IMG/VR virus record: IMGVR_UViG_3300009169_000025
Coordinates: 1 to 59,105 of that record
Source: a virus
Lineage: Duplodnaviria > Caudoviricetes
Length of the DNA stretch: 59,105 nucleotides
Direction: 5' to 3' (one strand)
Numbering within the stretch: position 1 is the first letter of the stretch; each line of letters opens with the position of its first letter. The translations under genes were made by a program, and so were the position numbers. Below the pieces are notes generated by a model, which had not been told where the DNA came from, searched no databases, and saw only the letters and a program-made list of their open reading frames with translations. Positions 10,374-24,600 of the stretch are shown here, one piece after another.

Positions 10374-12611
10374 ATGGGACAGTTTTATAAAGGAACAGAA
10401 GCCACATTTATAGATGATGCAATGTTTCAACTCCCTTATGAATTAATGGGAAAAGTTATTGACAAGAAAGACAAAGAAGTTCAAGACACCATTGATACTA
10501 CTGTGGCTTTAAATTCTATGTTACAAGCAAAAGGATTAAAAGTAGATGACCCTAGACTTCAAGAAATCATGGGTGGCTACACAAATCAGATAGATGATCT
10601 TACTAAGAGTATCTATGGAGATGTGGGTAATGCCATGACCTACATGCCTAAAGTCAATAATCTTAAAAGACAAATTACTACTGATTGGAAAACAGGAGAA
10701 GTTTCTAAGATTGAAGGTAACCTTGCTTTGTACAATGCTTGGGAAGAAGAACAAAAGAAAAAATTAGAAAAAGCTGGGGAGAACTTAAGTCAAGACCAAT
10801 GGGATTTACTTAAAGCTAAAAAATTAAAAGACTTCACCGGCACAGGATATAAAAACCCTTTGACTTATAATACTTTTGAAGGAGAAGGTTTATTAGAAGC
10901 AACTCCTGAAATGAAATTCATTGATGACATCTTTGAAAAGAAAGTAGGTAAAGTAAAAAGTGTTTCTTGGGATAATGAAAGAGGTAATTGGAGAATTGAA
11001 GGAGAAAGAGGAACAGAAGGTTTTACAGACAAAGAATTGCAAGATGCTTATAAAGCAGGAGTGATGGCAGATCCTAATAGATTAAAAGCATTAATGCAAA
11101 GAAATGAACTAGGAGTACCTGGTTATGCTGCACCTTTATTTGATAGTAAAGGTCAAATTCTTATTGACTCTAATCAACCTAATATTTTCTATAATGGTTT
11201 GAATTTAGCTAAACAGAAATATGGTATAGTAGACACTAAAAAATCAGATGGTACTAGTTTAAGTTATACAGGGCAGAAAGAACTAGACTATGGTATTAAG
11301 CAAAGAGATGAAGAACCTGTAGTAGGATTTAATTTCCAAGATACTGAGAAGCATGATTTGACTTATGACTTTAAAACTTATGCTCAAACTAAAGCTGATA
11401 TTATATCTCAAAAAAATAACATCTTTACAACTGTTGCTAATAAATTAAATCTTAAAGGAGATGCAAGACAAAAACTTGCAGATCAAATGGCTAGAGGAGA
11501 TTACTCTGCTTTAAAAGGTATTTATGATTCAGAAACTTATATTGAACAATTTAAAGATCTAAGAGCTAAACAAACTCTTCAAACTGCTGTTGAATCTGAT
11601 TTTGCAACTTGGAAAGCTAAACAACCTAAAGATGCTAAAGGAAATGTTATTATTACAACTGTAGATAAAAATGGTAAAGTAACTAAACAAGCAGTAAACC
11701 CTAAGAATGCTCAAGGTCAAGAGATTATGTTTAATAAATACTCAGCTCAGCCAGGTTTTGTCAAAGAAAGAATTGATGCTTTTAGTGCAGATAATACTGA
11801 AGCAGGAATTGATGCTAAAACTACTAAAGCTATTGGAAAAACTCTTAACTCTTTAAAAGGTACTTTATCTATTAGTTTACATACTGCTAAAGATCAGGCC
11901 ACTGTATTTAAAAACCAAGATGGAGAAAATGTTAGAATAGTTACAGGAGTGGCTAATAAAGCTGGAGCTATAGTTCCTAAAGACACAGCAGGGTTAAAAG
12001 TAAGTACTCATAATAAAGTAAATGGTTATACTGTTTATGAAGATGCAGCAGGCAACTTTGTAATTCCTGCACTAAGTCCTGAAGGAAAAATTCAAGCTCA
12101 AAACTTGGTTAACTTAGGATTAGGACAAGGGTTAGAATATACTTCAGGTAGTGAAAGTGAAGATGAAGAAGATGGTAGTGGAGAACCAGCAAGTACTACC
12201 ATTACTGGTATGACAATAAATGGTAAAAAAGAAAACCTAACTTTCCACTCTGGAGAAGCTAGACTTGTAGATAAGAATGTAGGTGGTAAACCTGTATTTG
12301 CTATCCCTGTTAAAGGAGGTAGTTTTAGTGTTGTAGCTACTGTAGATGCTAATACTATTCAAGAACCTCATGTTCAAAATTGGATAAACAGTCCTTCTAG
12401 AATTGCTAATGCTAAATATGCAGATTGGAAAAAATCTGTTCCTCCTACTTTACCAACAGCTACTAATAAAAAAGAAGGTTACACTATTGGAAAAAGTCCA
12501 AAATTAGGTTGGTATGTAGTAACTAAATCAGGAGATACAATTAGTGCTGCAGATGCAAGAAAAACAGAAGCTGCTTTAGAAAAACTCTACTATGATGCAG
12601 TGAGGTATTAG
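10374..12611 (+). CDS. Putative internal virion/ejected cargo protein
   Basis: 745 aa with a helical N-terminus (FQLPYELM), directly upstream of the virion RNAP gene as in crAss-like gene order. Confidence 0.5.
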   Translation: MGQFYKGTEATFIDDAMFQLPYELMGKVIDKKDKEVQDTIDTTVALNSMLQAKGLKVDDPRLQEIMGGYTNQIDDLTKSIYGDVGNAMTYMPKVNNLKRQITTDWKTGEVSKIEGNLALYNAWEEEQKKKLEKAGENLSQDQWDLLKAKKLKDFTGTGYKNPLTYNTFEGEGLLEATPEMKFIDDIFEKKVGKVKSVSWDNERGNWRIEGERGTEGFTDKELQDAYKAGVMADPNRLKALMQRNELGVPGYAAPLFDSKGQILIDSNQPNIFYNGLNLAKQKYGIVDTKKSDGTSLSYTGQKELDYGIKQRDEEPVVGFNFQDTEKHDLTYDFKTYAQTKADIISQKNNIFTTVANKLNLKGDARQKLADQMARGDYSALKGIYDSETYIEQFKDLRAKQTLQTAVESDFATWKAKQPKDAKGNVIITTVDKNGKVTKQAVNPKNAQGQEIMFNKYSAQPGFVKERIDAFSADNTEAGIDAKTTKAIGKTLNSLKGTLSISLHTAKDQATVFKNQDGENVRIVTGVANKAGAIVPKDTAGLKVSTHNKVNGYTVYEDAAGNFVIPALSPEGKIQAQNLVNLGLGQGLEYTSGSESEDEEDGSGEPASTTITGMTINGKKENLTFHSGEARLVDKNVGGKPVFAIPVKGGSFSVVATVDANTIQEPHVQNWINSPSRIANAKYADWKKSVPPTLPTATNKKEGYTIGKSPKLGWYVVTKSGDTISAADARKTEAALEKLYYDAVRY

Positions 12612-12620
12612 TTTTTTTCT

Positions 12621-12628
12621 TAAGTTTG
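12621..12628 (+). promoter_or_regulatory. Candidate Bacteroidota housekeeping-sigma -7 element (TAAGTTTG)
   Basis: Matches the TAnnTTTG consensus; lies in the 42-nt intergenic gap 25 nt before the RNAP ATG. Confidence 0.5.
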
Positions 12629-12653
12629 TATATTAATTCTAATTTCATTTATA

Positions 12654-15600
12654 ATGGGACTGAATCCTAAAAACCCAACTAGAACAGTTAAGAAAAATAC
12701 TATTGACCCTTTTAGTGAAGCTGCTATACAAGCTGCTGCAGATAGAACAGCTATTGGACAATCTACAAAAGGTACTTCTTTAGAGTTTGAAGGAGATATT
12801 GCTACTCAAAGTATAGAGACTGATCAGTTACAAAAGGTAGGTGGAGAAGGTGCCCAATCTATAGAAGCTAGTTACCTATCTTCTGCAAATGCTATTACTT
12901 CAAATAGACAAAGTAATCAAACTGCAATAGCTAATTTTGAAGCTAAGCAAGCTGCTATTAAAGCTGCTAAGCTAGAAGCTATTGAAAAGAATGAGATTAC
13001 TAAAGGAATGAAAGAAGTTATTCAAACTAAAAAAGGTTTGAATGAACAACAAGCTAATGAAGAAGTTTTAAAGTTTGCTAATGCTCAAGAAGAATTAGAT
13101 AAACTTGAAAGTAAAACTTTGTGGGAAAGAACAAAAACTTTCTTAGGAAGTTTTGCTCCTATGGCTCCAGGTATAGGACCTAACCCAGGTCTAATTAAAA
13201 TGGCTACTGAAAATCTTTTCACTAATGGTATGACAGCCAAAGAGGAAAAGAAATACAATGAACTTCAAACATATAAAAGAAAAGAAATAGAGCCTGTCTT
13301 GGCTCCAGTTTCTGATAGAATAAATAAGCAAAGGGAAGCAGCTTTACTTAAAGCTAATGAACTTAGAGCAAAGAAATTAGAAGAAGATGCTCAACCTATG
13401 TTAGGTCCTGATGGTAGAGTAGGTCCTAAAGCAGGAGTAAAAGGAGCTTTAGGTTATATTGAAAATACTACAGAGAGCAACTACATGCCTTATGCAGAAG
13501 AAAACTATTGGAGAGTTGTAGCCAGTAAGTATGAAGATATGCAAGAAAAAATATCTGATTACAGAACAGGTAATACAGATTTCTTTGCAGGTATATCTAC
13601 TACTAGCAAAGATGTTTTTTCAGGAGGGTTAAAACCTTTATGGAATGACATGAGAGCTAAAGAAATAGTAGACAAAAAAGAAAGAATCTATGCTGCTGAA
13701 AAGAAAGGACAAGTACCTACTGAATCATTAAGTGATGCAGAAAATGCTGTATTAGAAGCTTATGGATTAGAAAATCAAGTACAACAACTAAAGTTACATG
13801 AAAATAACTTTGGCTACAATATGGGTGAAGGTGTAGGAGGATCTGTTGGTTTTATGGCTCAGATGCTTTTAACTAGAGGAGCTGGTAGTGTTGCAAAACA
13901 AGGTGTTAGTTCTTTTATCAGACAAGGTGTAAAACAAGATGTTAAACTAGGCCTTAGAAGTTTGCTAAAAGAAAATCTTAAAAAAGGAACTTTAAAATCT
14001 CTTGCTCAAACAGGAACAGAAATAGGGATAAGAAGCACAGCAGCTTCTGCAGGCATCTTAGCTCAAGCTCCTATTTCTCCTTTCTTTTACAAAGCTTATG
14101 CTTCAGACCAAGTAGGTCAAGTAGAAATAGTAAAAGATAAAAATGGAGTAGAAAAAATCCTTGTAGGTCAGGAGTTGTATGATGAAAAATCTGAACACTA
14201 CAAAGAACAAATTGGTGCTTTAGACCAACTTATTGAAAGAGAAAAAGACCCTACTAAAAAAGAAGAATTTGAATCTAAGAAAGTAGGTTTACAAGCAGAG
14301 TGGGACTCTATGATACCTAAGAGTGAAGCTAGTTCTTTGATGCATGCTACAGGAGAGTACTTTAAAGAAGCTTTCTCTGAAGCTTATGCAGGTAGAGGAT
14401 TGGGAGCTGTTGTAAAACAAGGAGGTAAAGGTCTTAGATATGTAGCTAGCAAGTCTCCTTTCTTAACAAAGGTTGCAGATAACATTGGAGTAGCAGGAGA
14501 AGTACTTAGTAAAGTAAACTCTCCTTTCAGAAAAATAAACAATGCTGTAAACAATTTAACTTTAGGTAGAGTAAGTGCTTCTCAAATAGGACAAAAAGCT
14601 GAGGGAGGATTAATTCAATCTATCCCAGAAGAAACTTTTGAAGAAATCTTTGTACAAGCTGTGCCTTCTTTAGGAAGAACTTCAGCAGAAAATAAAGTAC
14701 AAAGAGAAGAACTAGGTAAATTAAGTTTTTACAGAGATGTAATGGCTCAAACTGCTATCATGGGACTAGGTTTTGGTTTTGTAGGTAAAGTTGCTTCTGC
14801 CAAAGCTTATAATAGAGATAACAAAAACTACAAAAAATTACTAGAATCTTTAAGCTTAACAGATGATGAGCAAAAAGCTTTAGGTTATACTACAGGAAAC
14901 ATATTAGCTAGTCCTAAAGATTACAGAAGACTTAGTGCTAAATTTAGAGAAGCTGGCAATGATGCTGTGGCAGATCAATTAGAGCAAAGAATGTTTATCA
15001 ACATGGCTCAACAAGCAGCTAGGTTAGGTAAAATGGATTCTTATAAAGAATCTATAGCTAATCTTCAAACTAGAAAAGACATTCCAGCTAGCTTTATAAT
15101 GAATGCTGTAGCTGTTAGTAATCAAGTAGATGCTATTAATAAAACCTACCAAAATCATTCTGAAAAAGAAAACTTTAATGAAATATTAGAAGCTACTGTT
15201 TATCAAGGTCTTCATGAAGATAACCTTAAAAAACTTGAGACTGCTACTCCTCAATTACAGGAGCAAGCCAGAGCTGCTATTGAAGATTACAAAACTAGAA
15301 CAGGAAAATCTTTTGACTATTCTATTGAGACTCTTCTAACTAAAGAGTTTCAAACAGAAGAGGAACAAGCTCAATACAAAGAAATAATTGGAGAACTCTT
15401 AAATGAAGAAACAGGTAGTCTTGCTGTTCAGAATCTTGTTGGAAACATAGAGATGAAGAGAGCAGCTAGAGTTGCTATTTCAGAAAGTAAACAAAAACTA
15501 GATGAGTCTTTGTCTCCAAAAAGACAAGAGAGATTAGATGCTAAGAGAGTTCTAAGAGAAGAGTATGAGTTGTTAGAAAAAGATTTACAAAATGGGGAAA

Positions 15601-18600
15601 TAGTTTTACCTGGTGTAGACTTAGAATTCAATTACAATAATGAACTTCAGAAAGGAAGTTTAGCTTCAGTCAATGTAGCTGAAGCTATTATGAAACACAT
15701 TGAAGATACCTATGGAGATATGGTATCTAAAGAAGACTTGCAAGAATTAAAGATTCAAAAAATAGAGAGAGCTAAGGCATTGAGACAAAATGCAATGTCA
15801 GAATTGTTAGTGGCTCAAGCTCAAAAAATTCAAGACTCACAAGAAATAACTCCTGTTGATACTACACAACCTGCAGACCCTTTTGCTAGTTCTGAGGTAG
15901 TTGTAGACCCGGATAAGTATGAAGATGATACTGAAAATCCAGTGACTGCTGCTAATGAAGACCCTACTTTAGATGCTGTATTTGGTATGGCACAACAAGG
16001 TTTTCAAGCTGATCCTCCTGAAGTTACTACTCAAACTCCTTCTGTAAATGCTGCAGGAGCAATACAAATGGACCAAGATGGTTTTGTATTTGATGGAGAT
16101 CCTATGCTTGGTAAAAGTTATCCTCCTGAATTTATTGCAGAGATGGAAGCTTTGATGGAATCTAGTACTCAACTTTATGAAGAGTCTACTGGTAATAGAA
16201 TTACTTTCAAAGAAATCTTTGAGCATTATAAGAGCAAAGGTATTCAAGAAACTATGAAGAAAAACTTTGGGGCAATGTCATCTGCTTGGATTAATCTTAA
16301 TGCCAAGCATGGAGATAAGATGTACCCAATGGAAAACTTCCTAGAAACTTTTAATAGTATCTACACTCCTAAAGGAGTTTTTGATGTTTTTGATATTGAT
16401 CCACAACCTAGACAAGTTCCTGTTAACACAGGCCCTGTAATGCCTACAACTCACCCTGATGTTGAAGTAAGAGAAGAGAATGAAAAAGTTGCTCAGGCAG
16501 GTTTAATTTCTACAACACTTATAGGTCAAGATGAATCTAATAGAGAAGTAACTGTACAAGCAGCAGAGATTACTGTAGATGGTCAAAGAACTTCTAATGT
16601 ACAACCTAAGATAGGTTATTCTTCTTTGGAATACACAGAGCAAAATGTAGATGGCACTTACAGTAAAGTAAGTATTCCTATTTTAAATCCTTCAAAATCT
16701 AATGGAGTAGATATTACTCCTTTGCTAGACCCTGATGGTTTACAAACAGGAGATACTCTTTCTATGGAAGTAGCTGCAGAAAAAGAATGGCCTAGTATTA
16801 CTGTGTCTAATGGCAGAGATGCCAAAGGAATAAAACAACTTACCACTTTTGATAAATGGGTAAAAGAAAGACAAGATAAAGATCCTAACTTTAGAAATAC
16901 AGCAGAGTTTCAAAACAAGTTGCCAATCTACTATGTTTCTAAAGGTAGAAGAGTAGGGTCAGTAAATGACACTGATTGGTATGATGGCTACAATGTAGAA
17001 GATCCTACTGGGACCAATATTAATCCTCACAGACCAGGAGGAGAGTGGGCAGCTATTATTGCTGCAGGAAAACAAAGTACTCAAGCATTAAGAAGTAATA
17101 TTCTAAATGGAGGATTAAAACAAGTTACTATAAAAAGATCTCCAAGTTCTGTATATCAAACAGTTAATGATGGAAAATTAGTTACCATAGCAGATAACAA
17201 TCCTACTAGTATTCTAGCAGTACAAGTTGGAGAAAGTATCACTGTAGGTAACAGAGAACCTTTCACAGATGGTATCATTTTAAATGCAGAAGTATTTAAA
17301 GAAAGAACTGTAGAGAAAGGTAAAAATAAGTTGAGATATGAAGGTAACACTTGGGAAATAAGAAGAGAAGGCAGAAAAGAAATGCCTAATGGAGAATGGG
17401 TTAATACCTATAAAGCATACCATGTATCAAGAAGAGTTACTGAAGAACAATTAGAAACTGTTAAGTGGGCCCTGGGTGCCAATGCAGTATTGAGTAATTC
17501 TTATCTTTCTGGTTCTACTTCTTGGACTTCTATGACTAAAGGTCAAGCTGAAGATATGAAAGAGCAAATATTAAACAGCACCGGCTTAGATATTTCTTTG
17601 CCTAATGAGCTGTTAATGTTTGTAGAAAGCTACTTGCAACTTAAAGACAAACCTGTAAGAGGGGCTACTAAAGAAAATGGTAAGCCTTACACTACTTACA
17701 TGTACTACCAAGATCAGTTCTTAAAGAACAACTTAGGTATAGACTCTGAAGGAGTAGAGTTTGTTCAACACACTAAACAAGAACTTTTAAATAAAAGAAA
17801 TTACAATACTGCAGTTCACATTATTGATGGGCAAGTACAACCTTTGAATATGTCATATTCTGACTATTTGAAAAGCACTTTAAAAACTGATGTTCTTTCT
17901 TTTAATATTGGAACTGAAGAAAAACCTATCTATGTAACTAGTATTCAGCCAATTATAAATGTTTCTTATACTGCTGTTGAGGTGGCAACACCTGTTACAG
18001 AAGCTCAAACTATAATTGACAATGCTATTGAAAGTGCCCAAGAACAAGTACAGAATGTAGATTATGAAGACCAATACAAATTTGCTGCTACTCTAGGTCT
18101 TGACATAGATTCTTATATAGAATTTGAAGAGGGAGAAGCTATGATTTCTAATAACTTACAACCTATTCAAAGTTTAGTTACTTCTATTGCAGGATTAACT
18201 ACACCTCAAGAACATGATGTAAGACAGTATGTTACTCAAGCTATTGCTGAGTATAAACAATATGTTGATGAAGAAGGCAGAGTTTTAAAAAGAGGCAAAA
18301 GACAAATTCAACTAGAGGCTAAAGGCAAGGTGTTAGAAAAACTAGCCAAAGCAAAAGAAGCTCTAGAAGCCAATCTTGCTATCATTAAGAGTACTGGTGC
18401 AGATACTGCAGAGAGAAGAGCTTTTGAGAAAGCTTACACAGATGCTTTGACTAATATCAAGTCTATTGAAACTGAATTCAATACTGTATTTGATAGGGCC
18501 CTAGAAGATTTTGAAAAGAGTTCTAAGACAGAAATTGAAGAAGAAGAAGTAGAAGATGCTTTGAATGAAAAGAACTTCAACAAAGATTCTGTTGAAGAAA

Positions 18601-21600
18601 ACAGTAAATTAAGTGTAGGTACAATTCTTAAGAATTTCTTGCATGGTGTAGTTAAAAGAGACAGTAAAGGTGTTCCTCAGACTGGTTACTTAAGTTTAGA
18701 CAAGTACTATACTTTCAATGAAATCTTTAATGAGTTAACTAAAATCCTGTCTATTGGTTCTGACTTACCTTCAAGCTATGAAGCTTTGACTAACAAGCTT
18801 AGAATGGCTGCTGAAGAGGGAGTACCTTTTGCTACAGATGTACTTTTAAAATTAGAAGGAGCTGATAATCAAATTAGAAATCAGTTCTTGTATACTTTTG
18901 TGAAACACAGTATGAGTTCTTACTTTACTATGTATCAAGAGTCTGGCAATGTTACAGAGATGAAATCTTTTGAAGCTAATGCTAATGAAGCTACTAGAGT
19001 TATTGAAAACAAATGGAAAAATAATAATAGAACTTCTGAGCTTTACAATAGAAACTTGTCTTTAAATAAAGCAGTTGCTGAAGATTTAATAGCTACTTAC
19101 AATAACTGGATAGCTAGTGGAACTAGTACCCCTGAAGATCACAAAGCCTGGTTATCTAAATTAGGAATAAACTTTACAGATGCTGCTTGGGAAAAAATAG
19201 TAGCTGAAGGTATCAAGGACAAAGGTTATACCTATGACAACTTGCTTTATGATGACAGTAAAGGTATCTTTTTACCTATTGTTAAATTCTTAAATACAGC
19301 TATTGCTACACCTCAAAACTATTCTTATTCAGAAGATAAGAGTGTGTTTAAAGATTTGTCTGCTATGTTTAAATCTGTGGCTAAAATTGAAGCTACTTAC
19401 AACACTAACCTTATCTCTTTGACTTATAGAGATGGGGATAAAAATATATTTACACAGACTCCGGAAACCTTTATGTCTGATAAAGTAAATGATTTACTTA
19501 CTTCTCTAGCACAAGAGGACAATACTTTGGTTGATGATTTGAGATCTTTATCTTTTTCAGAAAGCTCTATTATTTTAGAGTTTTTGCAAGAAGTAAAATC
19601 ATTCAAAGACATTTTCAAAATGTCCCATGCTGCTATTGTTACTCTTAAAGAAAAAGGAGAAGAGTCTGCTGATAGAAGTAGTATCACAGATTTGGGAGAA
19701 ATTGACTATGACTTAAATGTTAATGGTCAATTTGGAGATAGAAAAATTAAGCAACTTACTACTACTGAGAAGATTAATGGAATTGCAGTGAGAGTAATGA
19801 GAATGCTTTGCCCTACTATGTCTGATAAATCTAAAGCTTACTACTTAGAAACTATAGGACTAGACCTTTTACAAGGTAATGAGTTAGTAGCTTCAGGTAA
19901 AGAAGATGTAGTAATGTCAGATAGATTAAAGGAAACTTTAGTTGACAAACTTGTAATGCCTGAAGTAAATAGAATTCTAAATTTCTATGCTAAAGTAAAG
20001 CAAACCAATATCAAAGACTATGATAAAGGAGCAACTATCTTTCATTTAATACCAGCTCTTAATACTTTGAAAAACAAGGATGGAGTTAGTCTTTTAACAG
20101 AGATGGCCACTTTACCTAATCTTACTTCTGAAATGATAAGACAGAATTATGGAGAGGTATTCAAAGACATAGTGACCAGAGTTGTAGACTCTGAAGCAAT
20201 GAAGAAAAAAGAACTTTGGAAAGAGCACTTTGTTGAAGGAGTAGGTTCTAAAATGTTTGGTGCAAATTACTTTACAGAAGTTAAGAAAAGTCCAGTAACT
20301 GACTACAATAAAGGAATTTATGATGTGGTTATTAATGGTATGCTACATAACTCTGAAATGTTTAAAGTGTTTGCAGGAGATATGGCTTTGTACTCTCAAG
20401 CTAAACTTTTCAATGTTGAGACTGAAGCTAGTAAATCTAATACTAGTGAGGATAAAGTTCCTGAATTTAAAGATGTAGAAGACTTTACTACTGAGGATTG
20501 GGTAAGCATTAACAGAGCTATTGGAGTTAATCTTGGTAAGAGGCTAGCAGCTTTGGCAGCTCCTGGAAATAAGATTGCAGGCTCTGCAGATCCTACTTTT
20601 AAAAACTACAATCAAATCTTATTACAAGATAGTGTTGATATAGCACCTAATGCCGGGTATCTAATTACTTTAGAGTATGGTAAAGATGCCCTTACTCCTG
20701 GAGTTAAAACTATGCTTTCTAACTATAGCAATCATGCTGATACTGTACATCAATATCAAGTTGGCAACACTATGGATATAGCTAAAGTAAGTGAGGCTCA
20801 AGTTGCTATGAAAGAAATTAGAAGTCAGTTACAAAGAATGTTTCCTGCTGTGGACAGCTATTTTGATATTGAATCTACTGATGCTCAAGAGTACACTACA
20901 GTAGGAGAGCATATCAATATCCTAAACAGACAAGGAAGACTTACTGACAAGAAAATGAAAGCTGTTCAAGAAAAGCTAGATGCTGGTAAAGATCTAACAA
21001 GAGAAGAGCTTAAAGTGATTATGCAACCTATTAAGCCTGTGCACACAGGAAGTTATGTTAATAAAGATATGGATGTAAACAGATATGTTTATGTGAAATC
21101 CTCTTCTTATCCTTTGCTTCCTCAGTTCACAAAAGGTACTAAACTTAATGGGTTGAGACTTAAAATGGAAGAGTTAGAGAAATCTACAAAAAGATTTACC
21201 AGAGCTTCTTTCCAGACAGCTAATAAAGTAGGTTCAGTTAATACTAAACTTGCCATCAATCCTTTTGATATGTACTCTTTAGCAACTATCAAAGAAAGCA
21301 ATACAGATGCTGTATTAGTTCTTGATAGAAACAACTTTAGAATACAGCAAGATGTGCCTATTAAATCTGAGAAAACCAAAGCAGATAAAATCTCTATGGG
21401 TACTCAGTTCTTTAAACTTTTGTTTGGAGATGGAGTTACTGAATTAGATGGGTTTAAAGTTGATGGTAAAGACTTCACAGGAAGAGAGTTACATCAGTAT
21501 TACACTGAAGCTTTTGCTGACTTAGCTAAGCAAAAAAGAACTGAGTTATTCCAAGAGTTAGGCTTGGCCCCTAATGGAGAAATAGAAGATAAAAAAGAAT

Positions 21601-24600
21601 TCATCTACAGTCTTCAAAAGCTTTTAGTTAAAGAAGCTAAGAGTAGAGGGTATAGCTTGAAATCTATTGCTGGTTTATCTATTGATGAATTGGCTATGGC
21701 TAATGGTTATTTCTATGAGTTTAAGACTCCTCTATGGTTATCTTCAGATAAAAATAGATATGAGTCTTTATTAAACTCTATCATTACTAACAGATTAATG
21801 CAATTCAAGATTCCTGGAAATGCTTATGTAGCAGGTTCTGAATCCGGAATTCAATTTAAGGAAGGTATTGATAGTATTAAAGATTTAGATGAAAGAACTC
21901 AATCAAGAGTAATTTACCTTAATAATTTTAATGGTAAAGAGCTTGGAGGAACTGAAGTGACTGAAGAAGATGGTTCTACTATTTTTAAGAAAGCTCAGGT
22001 TTTTGTTAGATCTTACTTTAAAAATCCTGCTACAGGAGAACTTATAGATTTATTTGAAGGGTTCAACAGTGAAACAGGAGATGTCTCTAAAGCTAAGTAT
22101 CTTATCAGAAGAGAGAATGGAACTCTAGGGTTAAAAGAAGATATGATAGACCCAAATCTTATGAACATGTTCTCTTTTAGAACTCCTACTTCTTCCCATG
22201 TATCTGGTTCAAGTGTTGAGATTGCTGGTATTTTACCTCCTGAAATGGGAGAGTTAATGATAGTCCCTAAAAACTTTACTAAACAGAAAGGTCTTGACTT
22301 TGATGTTGATAAAGAAAACACTTATCAATTAAACCACTACATAGATTCAGAAGGTAACATCAAAGAAGTTGATGAAGCTTACAGAACTAGAACTGAAGAT
22401 GCCATAAAAGAACTTAAGTTTTACAGAGGACAAGACTTTGAATCTATCCAAGAAGTAGAAGATGCTTTACTAGAATTAGAAAGCAGAATGGCTGTAGCCA
22501 CTTCTATACCTTATAGAAATGAATTGCAATCTGAAATTGAAGGTTTGTGGGCATCTCTTAAAGATTCAAAAACTAGCATCAAAGATATTAATCATGCTAT
22601 GAAAGGTATTCAAAGAGAATTGAATACTAAAATAGCTAGTCAACTATCTGAGAATAAGTTTATTAAAGCTCACTTAGCAGTTTTCAATAATCCTGACACT
22701 CAGGTTCAAAGAAAAATCAACAAGGTTTTATCTATGAGTTTTGCTCAAGACCAAGCTACTATGTTTGAAAAAGCAGTAGAAGATGGTAACAAAGCAAAAG
22801 AAATGGCTAGGTATGTAGACTTAGGTATGACTCCAGCTCAAGCTGAAAAAGAGTACTATAACAATCAAAGTTATAATACTGTTTTATCTTATAGCTATCA
22901 GAAAATGAAAATGGATCTAGGGTCTATAGGTAAGACTGCTATTGGAGTGTATGCAAATTACACTACAATGAATGGACTTATCCAACAGCAAACTGAAAAC
23001 ATTAGCTTAAGTGAGCCTATCACTATTGGAGGAGTTACTTCTAATGGTAAGCTTGGAGTATTACAATCTCTTAAGCCTTCTAATATTTCTCAAGCTGTTT
23101 GGGATAAAATGAAGTTGGGTAGAACTACTGCTGAAATCTTTGCTGAGAAAGAAAATACAGCTACTGATAATGAGAAAGAGCAAATCTTAGGTAGAGTTGG
23201 TGTTAATGACCAAACTATTAATGTAGATGCACTTCTTACACTGTTAGGATTTGATATTGACTTAGTTAAAGTACCAGGAGTAAAGGAGCTTCAGAAAATG
23301 TCTTTATCTTACTTGCTATTGTCTCAACCTAGTATTAGAGAGTACAACAAAAAAGTAAAAGATAGTCAGGGTCTTTTAGGAACCTTCTTGGATAGAAGTA
23401 AACTTAAAAAAGAAACTGTAGAAAGATTAAGTGATGGAGTAATTACTTTTGGTAGAAACCCTAACAAAGCTGCTTTTGCTCCAGGTAACATTCAAACTTT
23501 TAGATATGCTAAAACTGGAGAAGTATATCAATCCGGAGCCTTATTAAAAGGGCAAGCTTTGTATGATGGTATTGCCAAAGGAGGAAGTGGGATGGTCCAA
23601 GCTGATGCTTTGATTACTTACTTCAAGTTAGATACTCAAGCTAGAGAGGTTTCTAAGATTCAGAAAGTATTAAATACTAATGACTTAGGAAAATCTATGG
23701 TTGAATCTAGAGTTGCTTATGAAGCTTTAGCAGATATTCCTTCTACTTCTATACAAAATGCTACAAGTTTACTAGGTAAATTTGAAACAAATCCTTCTGT
23801 AATCACAGAAGATATGTATAAGATTGGAGTTTACTATGTGACTCCTACTACTCCTCAAGGGCATGTTGCTATTCATGGCTTACATGTAGGGAATACTTTG
23901 TTTAAAAGTTTCTTTCCTTATGATGATGCTGGAATAAAAGCTGTAGTAAATCAAATCTTTACTGCACAAGGAATGGATATAGACAACATTAGTGATAGTG
24001 TTTATGTGAAAGAGTTCCACAAGATCATGGAAGAAATCATTAAGTACATCAATTCAAACCCAGCTAACAATACTTATGTGGGTGAGACAAGAGCTAAGAG
24101 ATTAGAAACTTTTGTAGATTCTGATACCAATACTTCTTTATCTACTTACCTGAGAGACTTAGGAGCATCTACTACTAATAAAACAGGAGTAAACAATGTG
24201 CTAAAAAATGCCCTGTATACTAGATTCTCTTATACTACAGGAGTAGAGGGGGAGTTGTCTTTAATTAAGTACAACAACTCTGCTACAGATAACTTAGATG
24301 AGGAAATCTTATACAATGCTATTCCGGAATTAGTTTTAGCTAATTACCCATTACCTGCTAGAAATGGTAAACCTTATTCAACAAAGCAATTAGCTGAAGA
24401 TTTAGTAGCATACAGTTTCCTTGAAGGAGGTGTACAAGAAGCAACTCAATTCAGTAAGTTTATCCCAGTTCAATTAATGGAAGTAATGGGGCAAATGGAA
24501 ATGAATAATGGCAAAGAGATATTTGTTCCTATCAATAAAAAGCTTCAAAAGTTTAATAATAGAAATGAAACTTATGGCTTCTTTAATAGCATTTTAGGAT